Assembly (NCBI RefSeq): GCF_006345805.1 | Contig: NC_043003.1 | Span: 114,576,001-114,640,000, forward strand | Direction: 5' to 3' | Source: Octopus sinensis | Taxonomy: Eukaryota | DNA length: 64,000 nucleotides | Shown here: positions 1 through 12,492 of the stretch, piece after piece | Numbering within the stretch: the first letter of the stretch is position 1 | How the letters are laid out: each line of letters opens with the position of its first letter | The notes under the pieces: model-generated | The model's database searches: none | What the model saw: the letters and a program-made list of their open reading frames with translations, nothing else | What the model was told of the DNA's origin: nothing | Position numbers and translations under genes: made by a program

Positions 1-136
1 AGGTCGACTTTGCCTTTCATCCTTTCGAGATCGATAAATTAAGTACCAGATACGCACTGGGGTCGATGTAATCGACTTAATACCTATGTCTGTCCTATGT
101 CTTTAGCCCCTTGTGGGTAATAAAGAAATAGGTATT
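1..136 (+). mobile_element. tRNA-derived SINE family 1, 3' part (cut by window edge)
   Basis: Carries the family core GGTCGACTTTGCCTTTCATCCTTTCG..TAAGTACCAG and the 3' end AAAGAAATAGGTATT seen in more than 10 copies in the window. Confidence 0.9.
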
Positions 137-463
137 ATGGCACCCGGCATGAGTCATCATGATGCAGGTAACTATTTTTCTATGGTCGGATGGTTTCCAG
201 TCCTCTACATCAGCTAACATTTCCTCAAATACTTCTTTCATCTTTATTCTCTATCACGCTGTTGACTGTTCACCAATGCAACACGTTGTTTCTGAAAAAG
301 AGGAGACATAAAAGTCATGAAATTTAATCCGAGAACCCTGTGTATGTAGAATATAAAGATATACACACTCTTGCATATATTTCACACATACACACATACG
401 TATGTATGCATTTAACTGTATACATATAGATAGTACAAATACTCATATATACATATATATATG

Positions 464-662
464 TAGGGAGAATTTACGAAAAAAACAACAGCAGACGAAG
501 ACAGGTGGTGTACAAAACAAACAGATGTATAAGTATAACGCTCAGGAATAGTAAAAGTATTTTACGTTTCGAGCCTACGCTCTTCTACAGAAAGGGACAC
601 AGAAAAAAGGAGGGAAACAAGGAGAGAAAAATGTGTGTAGTGGCTAACCATCTATCATGGCG
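464..662 (-). mobile_element. Short Penelope-like pLTR-type element in (TA)n, with hammerhead-like motif
   Basis: Minus strand 594-559 reads CTTT-CTGTAGA-A-GAGC-GTAG-GCTC-GAAA-C-GTA-AAA; homologous to 2392-2580 and 24670-24935; flanked by (TA)n. Confidence 0.65.
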
Positions 663-746
663 TATATATATATATATATATAATATATATATATATATAT
701 AATATATATATATATATATGTTTGTGTGTGTGTGTGTGTGTAAATG

Positions 747-2331
747 CCGGCATACTTAGGGTTAAGTCGTTCTCAATTATACGTCGGTTTTCAAAAACAA
801 TCTTTGGAAAAATAAAAATCAACTAAAGTCATTTTACTTGAGTTTACGTCTGTCCGCCACAAATATTGGAATCATAAAATCACTTGAAAACCGTAAAAAA
901 CACATAATATCATGTTACGGTACAATAAATAAGAATAAAATCATTAAAATACGTACAGTAAATGTTAAGACACACACCATAAAGTAGTGTAGCTTAGTGA
1001 ACGAAATCATGAAATCAGCAGTGTTGTCTTATTTACGGTCTTTCGGAGCTCACATTGCACTGTAGTTCCAATATTTACCGTTAGGCGTCGTTGTTACTCG
1101 TGATTCGCGCGATTGTTTTGAATTCAAATTTATTTTCGTCTGTTTATCGGCTACTTTCTCATTTTTATTTATTTGTGACTTTATTTTTTGCCCTCATGAC
1201 TCCTAAGAAAATTCATAGTGAAATAATTGCTATTTTCAAGCGTTACTATATTACTATATGAAGCGTACGAAAGCAATAACTGCCACTGATCTTGATGAGT
1301 CCATCCCACTTCGTGACTTGTGGAAGAGGTACGATATCTACAAGGCTGTACAGAACATAGCAGCGGCATGGAATGATGTACAGAATGGTGTATGGAAGAA
1401 TCTCTGCCTGCAATTCGTGAATGATTTCAAAGGGTTTGATAATGTTGCCATCAACAAAAACTTGGTGACTATGAGCAAAGAACTGGAAATGGATTTGGAG
1501 GAGGTGGATTTCATAGATTTATTTGAAAAAGGCAAGCAGCCCCTGACGAATGAGGATTTGATAGAACTTCCCGAATAGAAAAATAAAGAAGAACAGAAAG
1601 TCGAACCTGAGCCACATCACTTTACCATTAAAAAAATGCTGCAAGCATTTGCACATATCGAAAAAGGTATTTCTATGTTCGATGATATGAATCCAAATGC
1701 TCAACGCTTTCCAAGATTATGCAGGCCTGTCACAAAGCTTTTTCTCCGTATAAGGTAATCCTTGATTAAAAGAAGAGAGTTCAAGGAACTCTCAACCGGC
1801 TTTTTAAGCGCATCGACCAAGAAGAACAGCCAGTGTCAGCCGTTGATGTTGACGATCAACAGCCCTCTACATTTGCGATCTAAATCACCAAATTGTATGT
1901 ATGTATTGGTAAATTAAAAATAATGTAGTGTTGTTTTTTTTTACTGTTACAAAATAATATTTACGGAATTTGTTTCTTAAGCTTAAAAAAGGCTTTTGTT
2001 TTACCATGTCTTCCTAAACCGAATTCATAAATAAAGCGTCCGCGATGTACAGTAAACAGCGCCAAATTGTATTTGTAAATTTAGATGACTTTTTTTGCTA
2101 CTGTACTGTATAAGAAAAATTTTAATAAAATTATTTATCTGTAAGCTTAAAATACGTTTTTATTAACCATGTATTACTGAAAATGCATTCAGAAATAAAG
2201 TACAAAACCGGAATGGTTATTATAGGTTTGACTTAGAGACAAGTAGATTCGGCCTAGACTTGACTAGAGACGAATTCATTCGGTTTAAGTCGTGTCTCCT
2301 GGAACCAATTAACAATGTAGGGTAAGGTATA

Positions 2332-2335
<4 letters not shown>
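747..2335 (+). mobile_element. Tigger/pogo-like DNA transposon, internally deleted
   Basis: ORF 1258-1578 (LRDLWKRYDIYKAVQNIAAAW..GVWKNLC..LTNEDLIEL) matches the C-terminus of Tigger/TIGD transposases; imperfect terminal repeats CGGCATACTTAG (~748) and reverse complement AGGTATACCTTA (~2334). Confidence 0.85.
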
Positions 2336-2370
<35 letters not shown>

Positions 2371-2391
2371 TATATTATATATATATATATT

Positions 2392-2580
2392 AGCTGGAAT
2401 CTACAATAAACAGAAGAAGACGAAGGTAGGTGTGTAAATAACAAAAAGGTGTATTAGTTTAACCCTCGGGAAGGTGCTTCTTCCGTTTCGAGCCTACGCC
2501 CTTCCATGGAGAGGAACACAATAAAATAAATAGAGAGAGTATAAGAAAAAGAAACCTCTGTGTTTTGTGTGTGTTTCTCT
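2392..2580 (-). mobile_element. Second copy of the short Penelope-like pLTR-type element, degenerate hammerhead-like motif
   Basis: Homologous to 464-662 (GCGTAGGCTCGAAACG, CACCT..CTTCGTC); bounded by (TA)n. Confidence 0.6.
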
Positions 2581-2613
2581 CTATATATATACATGCATGT
2601 ATATAAAGAGACA

Positions 2614-2651
<38 letters not shown>

Positions 2652-2942
2652 CACATATACATACACATATACAGGCATGCATACATAGAGAGTGACACAA
2701 ACACACACATACACACACGGAGTGCAAGAGATAACGAAACTTTTAATTATGCTTCTTGACCCTACCAGCTAGCATCCCCACTAACACTCCCATCAATTTC
2801 TTATGGGTATTTGGGTTAGCTTAACTGATATAAATGGTGTCTATTTGTCTGTGTGTCTATGCGAGTGTGTGTGTGTATGTGTGTGTGTGTGTGTGTGTGT
2901 GTCTGTGTGTGTGTGTGTGTGTGTTGTGTGTGTGTGTGTGTG

Positions 2943-2974
<32 letters not shown>

Positions 2975-3551
2975 GTGTGTGTATGTGTGTGTTTGTATAG
3001 AGATCGTAATAAAACTGTGTTAATCAGGATTGCTGCTCGCACCCCCGATCCCTAATACTATCAGCCCCCTAAAGATATTTGGGTTAGCTTAACTGACATA
3101 AATAATATCCCGAACAAAAGATGGTGTTTGACCGCGGCTTTTGTCGTTTATAAACACTAATTAGATCCAAGAAAAGAAGATGGGTGTAAATAAACCGCCT
3201 TCTCTTTCAAAATTACGAATTAAAGCAATTATCTTCAAATAAAGAGGTACACACACACACACACACGACGCACACGACACAACAATATAAGGGAATAAGT
3301 AAGCCCTTCTTAATTTAATCCCATCAACTTAGAAGGTACGGTTTTAAATTCTTTCGTGTATGTTATTTCAGAAACTTAGATATTTCCCTTGAAAGGTGAA
3401 GTCAAACTACGGCTGATGAAGACCATGATGATGACTGCTGACAGCAACGACGATGATGACGGCGACGACGACGGAGACGACGGAGACAATGGCAATAACT
3501 CCCACCACATGAATTACAATAAGTGCTGAGTGTGAGGGTTGATTCCTAGAT

Positions 3552-3720
3552 AGACATGGCCGTGTGATTACGACCTTCGTTTTCGGAATCCCGTCGTTCT
3601 GGGTTCAGTCTCACCACGTGATAGCTTAGGCAAGCGTCTTCTACTACAGATACAGATTAGCCAATGATTTGTGAGAGTGAATTTGGTAGAGGAAAATTGT
3701 GCGGAAGCCTGTCGTATACA
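3552..3720 (+). mobile_element. SINE family 2 (CORE-like), degenerate 5' half
   Basis: GGGTTCAGTC B-box-like motif and CTTAGGCAAGCGTCTTCTAC core; aligns to 19126-19300. Confidence 0.75.
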
Positions 3721-3939
3721 AACACATACACGCATGCGCACACACATGTATATGTTACTTTTCTGTTGAGGTATAATAAGCAAAACATATCTAATCCAGT
3801 CTAAGTTACCATTTAATGTAACCTCTGTATCACAACAGGAGGAACAAACAGGTACTTGTCATTAAGACGCTTGCTTAGGAACGATTTTATAACGTGCTCC
3901 TGTCTCCAGGTAATCTTCACATTCTGATATACATTCATA

Positions 3940-4211
3940 CATACATACATGATGATGGCTACCCCCACGTTTTCGAGTATGGCCATGTGTCAGGAGAGCT
4001 GCAAGCATCTCTTAAGGAAGCCTTCAGCAAGTCCTTATACCTCTTTTTTGGTTTATGTGGAGTTCGTTCTCCTTTAGCTAACTCTCCATAAAATAGTTGT
4101 TTTGGCATCCTTGAATCCTTCATCCTGACCAGATGACCACTCCATCTGAGCCTTTGCTTTAACACAAGAGCTTCTATACTTTCACACCGAGAGCCTTCCA
4201 ATATTTCAAAA

Positions 4212-4212
<1 letters not shown>
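3940..4212 (-). mobile_element. RTE-clade LINE fragment (post-RT region) joined directly to the 3' tail
   Basis: Translation LRWSGHLVRMKDSRMPKQLFYGELAKGER..KPKKRYKDLLK is the classic RTE/BovB motif; ends in (ATGT)n tail. Confidence 0.9.
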
Positions 4213-4259
<47 letters not shown>

Positions 4260-4270
<11 letters not shown>

Positions 4271-4297
4271 ACATACATACATACATACATACATACA

Positions 4298-4331
<34 letters not shown>

Positions 4332-4870
4332 CATGATGGCTGCCCCCTCGTTATCGAGTATGGCCATTGCACAAAGCTTAACTCTTACTGATACTGTGAT
4401 CGAATGTGACTTTTTAGCCCAGCTAAAGATCTAAAATGTCTTGTACAGAATTGGCAGCTAAAACCTTTACTGGTAATAGCCGGCTGTAGTTTTAACTGGG
4501 CTTCATGTACCTTTGCATGTCGTTTAAGTCCTCCTGCCGAATTACACTGTCTTCCACATGCCCGACTGACATGACTGGTACAGTGTGTAACACCACCACC
4601 AGTGGCCAGGTTGTCACTCATCTGTATCGCTTTATGACTACGAAGATGACTCTTGAGTCCAGCTTTACTGAGGCAGGGTCTTGCACAGACACTGCATGTC
4701 AGCATCATAGGAAGACACTTCCCATCAGGAAGTGTAACAGCGATGCCCTTCCTGACATCGCTCCTTACTTTCTCATGTGCAACTCGAGATTTCTCAAAAG
4801 TAGCTGTCCGCTCGTGCACAATCCTTCTCCACCTGCAACGAACAATAGCTATACCCTCCCATGTGTCATA
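4260..4870 (-). mobile_element. RTE-clade LINE C-terminus with three C2H2-like fingers, 3' UTR and (ATGT)n tail
   Basis: ORF 4385-4873: DTWEGIA..RWRRIVHE (RTE C-terminal motif) then three C-x2-C-x12-H-x3-H-like units; same 3' end as 3953-3984. Confidence 0.85.
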
Positions 4871-4878
4871 CATACATA

Positions 4879-5724
4879 CCTTGTCTGATCAATAAGTAAC
4901 GGGGCCGTTGTTATAGTAATGAATGTAGAGCACTCAGAGTAAAGCCGCTGGGCACAGATTTACCTTTAACTCTGTTGTGCATGTGCACAAAGTTTTAACG
5001 TCCTAGGTCATTTCTGCTGTTTACAGCAGTGGTTGTAAGGAAGGTGTATAACGTGTGATTTTCATATTGACCATGATACAGAAAGTAGAGCAGAGAATCT
5101 GCATCGATTTTTGCCAAAATCTTGGCGATACCTGCTCGGGGCCTACGCAATCAAGATCTTATGCAACTGAAACTTGGGTGTCTTTTCGAACAGCTGAAAG
5201 CAGTTTTGGCACAAACTTGGCTGACACGCGTCTCGTACCCAAATCTTCCGTGATCATGGACTGAACTGAACCGTGACTAATCTGCACATCCTCTGATAAC
5301 TCACAGATGGTGATCCGACGATTTTCCTTCACAGCTGCGATGATTTTCTCAGTTCTGCTGATTTGGGGTCTCCCAGAACATTCGTAAATATCGATATTTT
5401 TCGGCCATTTTGGAAACGTTTGAATCACTCGTACGCTTGTGTGCCGCTCATACACTCCACTCCATACATTTTCTGCAACTTTGCGTTGGCCTCTGCGCAG
5501 GTATCGCCATGACAACTTCCCCTGTTATGTGGTCAATACGACGATCACGCGCTACACACTTTCCTTCCAAGCACTGCTGTAAACAGAGGAAGTGAGCTAA
5601 AACGTTAAATCTTAGTACGCATGTACAGCAGATTTTAGAGGTAATTTTTGCCTAGCGGCTTCACTCTGCTTCCTTTAGCTTCATTACTATGGTAACAGTC
5701 CAGATACGTGTAGTTCAGACCAGG
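4879..5724. mobile_element. Mariner-derived element with two 5' ends (long inverted arms), TA flanks
   Basis: Minus ORF 5159-5515 (ENRRITICELSEDVQISHGSVQSMITEDLGTRRVSAKFVPKLL) is mariner HTH/linker; plus ORF MIQKVEQRICIDFCQNLGDTC is a mariner N-terminus; TA at 4877-78 and 5725-26. Confidence 0.85.
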
Positions 5725-7025
5725 TATAAAAACACACGCGCGCACACAGACATACACACACACACACATCAATTTATCAATCTTATACAAAAATGCTGTT
5801 GAGAGTACCTTGCAAGTTTAGCTGGTCGTAACTTCGAAGTCACTCTCAAAAACATTATTGTATAAATATAATAAATATGAACTCTGCAAAAGTGTACAGT
5901 AACCCACCAGATTAATGTAAAATCAGTTTTATTATAACTAAAGATTAAAAACAAACATTTATATATATATATAAAAGAGTAAAAGAGTATATATATATAT
6001 ATATACATACATACATACATACATACATACATACATACATACATACATACATACATGCATACACGCGTATACACATACATACGCACACATGCAAAGCCCA
6101 CATCCAAACATATATTATATAAATAGGGTTAGAAGTCAAACAAATTCCTCTTGAAGTACTTCTGCATATTTCCGTGCCATAAAACCTTGTGTGGATGTTA
6201 TATTTGTGTGAGTTATGTGTAAGAGTTAAAAGTATTGGAAAATATTTTCTTTGGAGTAACAATATCAAACAAGGGAATGGAAAATTCCTGTTGAATAAAA
6301 TGTAGCAAAAATTTTCCATTTCCCGTTTTGATGTGCGCAGCTGTGTGTTTATATTCGTCCACTACCGCTTGACAACCAATTTGTGAATGTCCACGGCTGT
6401 ATAGCGGTTTGTCAAATGTAACCGATGGAACGTTAAAGAAAAGTAAGTCTGGTGTCTATTTATTTGACTAAATCCATCAGAATCATGCTCCAGCATGGAT
6501 ACCATCCAATGACTGGAATATATGATGAAAGGTTAATAATATGACAAAAATAATAACAAAGTTTGCTTGATTCCATGTTTTCATGCTGCGCCGAACTGGA
6601 TAAAAAGAGACCCAGAACAGGTTTAGAACTCTCTTCTTTGTTGTAACCCTACAACCTTCCCTTACGAGATTTATTGTATGTCCTTCAAAGGAAAGAAAAT
6701 GATCATCCAGCTTTATGATCGCAAAATGCATGAAGCAGATTATCGAAATTTATAACTCACGTTAAGGAAGGAATGACGATGTTGACGCTGTAGATGTGGT
6801 TGTTGTTTAGTTCTCAAGTAAACTGATGACAGCTGTATAAAGGCAAAAATTAATAGCCGAGAACATATTGTGTTCTCAGAAATATCTTATATAAGATCAC
6901 ATTATCCGTTATGACCAGTTTTATTACAGCTATGAATATCTTACAACGGTTTTGGCTGCACTTTCTAGCATACCTAGTGAATAGCTTCAGGGTTTAAAAC
7001 ACTTGTCATAAATGCGCTGTCACTT

Positions 7026-7211
7026 TTAGAATTCACTATCTTCCAGCTTTTTATAAGAAACGTCGATGGAAACACGACTAAGAGATAAAGAATTGTTCTT
7101 TATATCCCGTGATAATGAGTTCAAGTCCTGTTTTCTCGGGATTTTTTCGCTCTTTTTTTCTATCATGTTTGTCACATTATATTTCATTGGTTTGATGCAG
7201 TAATGGAGGTC
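7026..7211 (-). CDS. Candidate terminal coding exon (unidentified)
   Basis: Non-repetitive frame DLHYCIKPMK..VSYKKLEDSEF*, T-rich tract and tandem AG at 7215-7212, AATAAA on minus strand at 6925-6920; no homology recognised. Confidence 0.15.
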   Translation of the reverse strand, partial: DLHYCIKPMKYNVTNMIEKKSEKIPRKQDLNSLSRDIKNNSLSLSRVSIDVSYKKLEDSEF

Positions 7212-9637
7212 CTCTATCATTAGATATTTTCAAATAAAAAAAAGATCGTCGATATAATCCAATGACAATATATGATGTAATATCAGAAATGCCATATTGC
7301 AATACTCGTGGGAAGAATCTTTTGACTTTCGTACGAATAGCTTTCTATTTGGTTTGTACTTTTTACAGCCCATTTTACTTTATATCTCTAATGTCGATGA
7401 AATGAAAATCATACATGTAGAGGAGTTAATATAAATAAGACTCTTGAAGGCGTTATCCCAGCTGATCAATAGTTCAATGAATTAAACCAGATATGAACTC
7501 CGGAATTTGCTTTTTTAATACAGATCCTAATTACAATATAGACAGTAAACAAAGAACAAAAACGTTTAGTCAGAAAAGGAAGAACAATGTCCATGGCTAA
7601 CTGTTTTTTGGGCGGTCTCTGTGACATCGATAGGAAGGTAAAAAGATTCCCCCAAACTGAACACCTGGAGAGAAAGCATGCAACAGAACTAAACTTCTTT
7701 AAGTCACCCCAAAGCTACGAACGTCGGATTAAGACTATCCAAATGCGAATTGTTTGTATTTGTAATTTTATCTTAGCATCTGCTGTGCTATATTAGAAGC
7801 CTAACAGTTCTGGTTTACCAATAATTTTTCGGATCTATGTTTCTGCTGAGTGGAACATGGATTTTATTGTTAAGTAATTGCACAACAACCAACATACATC
7901 TAAAATCCAAATTTGTTGAGCACAGGAATTCACAATACAATTCAGCCGTTGCTTTTGTCACAAGCAAAAGTATAGACAGATATAGGAGTATAGTCAACTA
8001 TAGTAGTACAAATAGATATTTGTATATAGCATAGCTATATAGTTTTGATAATACAGAAGCATAGCTAGATATAACCGTTTAGATAGCTCTGTTGGTATTC
8101 CATCGTCAAAAATAAACCTCGTCCACACTAAACGCTTTCTATGAATATGGCATTCTTACACTACCATTTCACCTTCACCCCTCCCATTACTACAATTAGC
8201 ACGAAAACCACGACCATCCCTACTACCATAGCAACAACCAACAAATCAATAACCAACATTGCAATCACAGCTGTAACACCAATAAATGACAATAATAAGT
8301 ACAACAATGACAATGTGCTAAATATAAGCAAATATAACGAAAGGTCGTCGATGCAACTCGATTTTCAGAAACTTAAAGACGTTAATAATCTCCTTAAAAT
8401 TTCCACAGGTAGACTGACTGACACACGCCTTTCTATATATGTGGCCACATGTATGCACACACATTCCCCCGTTTGCATAGAGTATACACCCATTTATACG
8501 CACAATTTGTTGCACACTCACGACTACATGGACATACCAACAGACTCATGATTATACATTTCTCAGGAATTCCCTGGATCTGTGAGGACACGACACCCCA
8601 CGAAATAGCGAAAACACATACAAGTCTCCTTTGTGAAACGCTATATGTATATTCATATACACACATAAGCTAGCAGATGCACACAAACACACATAGACCT
8701 ACAAACACACGCACATAGACACACTAACTTTACCCAACATTTCAATTTAGACAAGTTACTTTTTATTTCAGTGCCTTTTCGTTCAGAAGTAAATTCTTAC
8801 TTTCAGATTTGAGAGGAAAAGAGAAACGACTAAAAGAGTATTTGTCATTCTTCAATATGTAAATATTTTAGTTCTCAATATGTAAATATTTTAATTCCCA
8901 CACAACGTCTAAAGAAATAATCACTCACTGAATCGACCCGAGTATATTACTGGTCTATGCTATATTTTACCAATTCTCAGAGAATGGAATGTTAATAGGA
9001 GTTAAGCTTAGTAGAATTTGAACTAAAAGAAATATATTCCATATATTTCTTTTATAACATTAATTTCTAATTTCTCCCTCACCAACGCCCATTAATTAAT
9101 TAATTAATTAATTAATTAATTAATTGATTGATTGATTATTAATTGGAATATGGTCTCTTTCAGTGTTTCAGAGTAATAAATAAAGCTCTCCCCCATCATA
9201 ATCTGGCACCATGCTGTTGTGGAAATGGTTTAGCTTCGCTTGCAACAATCTTGGAAACCATTAAACAACAACAACAACAACAACAACAACAGCAGCAGCA
9301 CCACCACCACCACCACAACAACAACAACAACAACAACAAGATAAAAAATGTACAATCTTTTACATAAATATTTCATTATAAAATCGATAAATTGTGATTC
9401 TTAAAAAATAAAATCAATATGGCAAATTAATTTATAATTATCATTAATAAAGTGATACGTTTATAAGACTAAAACGAAATGGCCAGCGTTTGACCATCAG
9501 TCGAAATTTAGGTCACTGAGTACTTCCGGTTTACTACACAGTCATTTCCGTTGAGCAACATGGTAATGCGCCTGGGGTGGGGGTGGGGGTGGGGAAATAT
9601 ATATACTTTTTTCTTTATATAGTTTTAGTAATGTAGA

Positions 9638-9938
9638 ATGTGCCCATGCTGGGGCACCGCCTTGAATGATTTTTAATCGAATGAAACGACCCCACGACTT
9701 ATTTCTTATAAAGCCTGGTACTTATTTTATCAAACCGCTAAGGCAAGAGACGTAAACAAATCAACACCGGTTTTCAACACATATACAGAGGCTTCTTTCA
9801 GTTTCCGTCTATCAAATTCACTTACGAGGCTTGAGTCGATCCGTGGCTATAGCAGAAGAGGCCCAAGTTTTCATGCAGTGGGACTGAACACAGAACCATG
9901 TAGTTGGAAAACAAGCTTCTCACCACACAGCCACGTCT
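9638..9938 (-). mobile_element. SINE family 2, degenerate copy
   Basis: Reverse complement of GGCTGTGTGG..GGTTC..CAGTCCCACTGC..GGAAACTGAAAGAAGC..GCGGTGCCCCAGCATGG. Confidence 0.8.
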
Positions 9939-10624
9939 ATATAATAGAAATGTCAATAGAAGCTCTAAACCTAACCGTACAGCAGAAGAGACTAATGTCT
10001 GAAAGACATAAGACTGTATTATTTGTGACATTAAGGGAAAAATCAACCAAAAGTTTGATAAATATTGTCGTTAACACAACTCGTAGACCATAACAAATAA
10101 ATGTCACTTTCAAACAGTCAAGCTCAGCGGCCCACAGATTGATAAATACTAGCCTCCATACCTAGAAATATAAGTGAAACTTAGTTTCCTTCCCTCTGTT
10201 AGAGAACAAAATACAGTTTCCATTCTTTCAATGCTTCTGTATTCGTTCGTGTTTAGCACCAGTTTAAAACATGCAATTTTTAAAGCATGGAAGTCTATCC
10301 ATTTCTTTTCAAAATTAGTTAACTTCGAAGAGTGGAAGTATTTCTAACTCCGAGTAGAGGGAAAATTGGAAAACGGAGAAGTGAGTCCTCAGTATGCAAT
10401 TTCTAGTTTAACTTTTGTTGTTCCCTACAAAACTCCAGTTATTCATATGTTATTGTCTTAAAATGCAAGAGAAACTAAAATAATGTCGAAAAGGTAAATA
10501 AACGGGATGAAAATACTCAACAACTTAATCGAAACTAAGCCGTATCATCTTAGGTAGAGAGACAAACAGACAGACAAACAGATCGATAAATAGACAGACA
10601 AACAGATTGGTTGGTAGGTAGCTT

Positions 10625-10790
<166 letters not shown>

Positions 10791-11210
10791 ATTTATGTCT
10801 ACATATCAATACATATACTTTCGTACACATACACCTCTCCTGAGATCGATACACACTACAGCTCGAACCTATAACCTTTTTCTCCATACCACCTTATACC
10901 TAATATACCTAATAAAAACATATTCCACACAAATTCCATATTTATACATTAAGAACTGTGTTAATCCTAATCTCTTTTAAACATGTGTTTCCTATGACCC
11001 GTCAGATTTGAACTTAATAATATATGTTTTTAAAGAAAATAATAGCAAGGTTATTCCAGCCAGCGGATTAACGGGATCAAAGGCCAAACCATCATCATCA
11101 TCACCACTATCATCAGCATCTTGCTATTTCTCATTATCATTTTGATCTTCAATTATGATCATCATCATTGCCGTTGTACTCGTCACCGGCCTTGTCAGCA
11201 TCCACCTAAC

Positions 11211-11337
11211 AATACCTATTTCTTTATTACCTACAAGGGGCTAAACACAGAGGGGACAAACAAGGACAGACATAGGTATTAAGTCGATTACATCGACCCC
11301 AGTGCGTAACTGGTACTTAATTTATCGACCCCGAAAT
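11211..11337 (-). mobile_element. SINE family 1, 3' part
   Basis: Reverse complement of the family 3' half ending AAAGAAATAGGTATT. Confidence 0.9.
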
Positions 11338-11536
11338 TCAGGAGCATTATTTTCAATGGCACCCTGGTTTGCATCGTTGTCGTCGTCCTTATTGCCTTCC
11401 TCCTCCTCCTCATCATCATCATCGTCTTCATCATCAACATCTCATCCTCATCATTCATAATTCATCGTCATCGTCATTGTCGTCATCGTCATCATCAGCA
11501 GCAACATCAGCAGCAGCAGCACCAGCACCACCCCAC

Positions 11537-11892
<356 letters not shown>

Positions 11893-12373
11893 AGCAATCT
11901 TCCGATTATCAAACTGAAACTGCCGATGGTGATCCCTATTCTCTGTTGTACTTAGAATTTGATTTGTAATTCATCGATATCGATATCAATATATAAGGCA
12001 ATATAGTTCGAAAGTTAAGTAACTACGAGACTGAATTTTCCAAGTACAACAGAGATATTATCAGGAACATATGTCTGTCTGTGTGTCTATATATTTAAAG
12101 ATATGACTAGCTACATGTTTAATTCCTTCTTTGTTTGTTTATTTGTTTCCTTTTTATTTATTTATTCATTACATTCTTCTTTTCTTACTGTCATTCTTTC
12201 TCTGTAGAAACACAAGCACACACACAAACACACGCACGACGATTGAGTAGAAAACCCAATATAAACATTATTGTTTAATATGTATTGTAATGTGAAATAT
12301 TGTTTGATATGTATTATGTATACTAATATATATATATGTGTGTGTGTGTATGTGTGTGTGTGTGTGTGTGTGT

Positions 12374-12492
12374 ATACTTTATAATTAGGGTTCAACAGAG
12401 ATTTGCTTTACCACATACGTAAGTTTAGAAATAGTTTAGAAACTTCGGTATGTGGTAAAACAAATCTTTGCTGAACCCTAATTATAAAGTAT
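12374..12492. mobile_element. 119-bp palindromic MITE-like hairpin
   Basis: ATACTTTATAATTAGGGTTCAACAGAGATTTGCTTTACCACATACG pairs with the right arm over about 50 bp with few mismatches. Confidence 0.75.
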
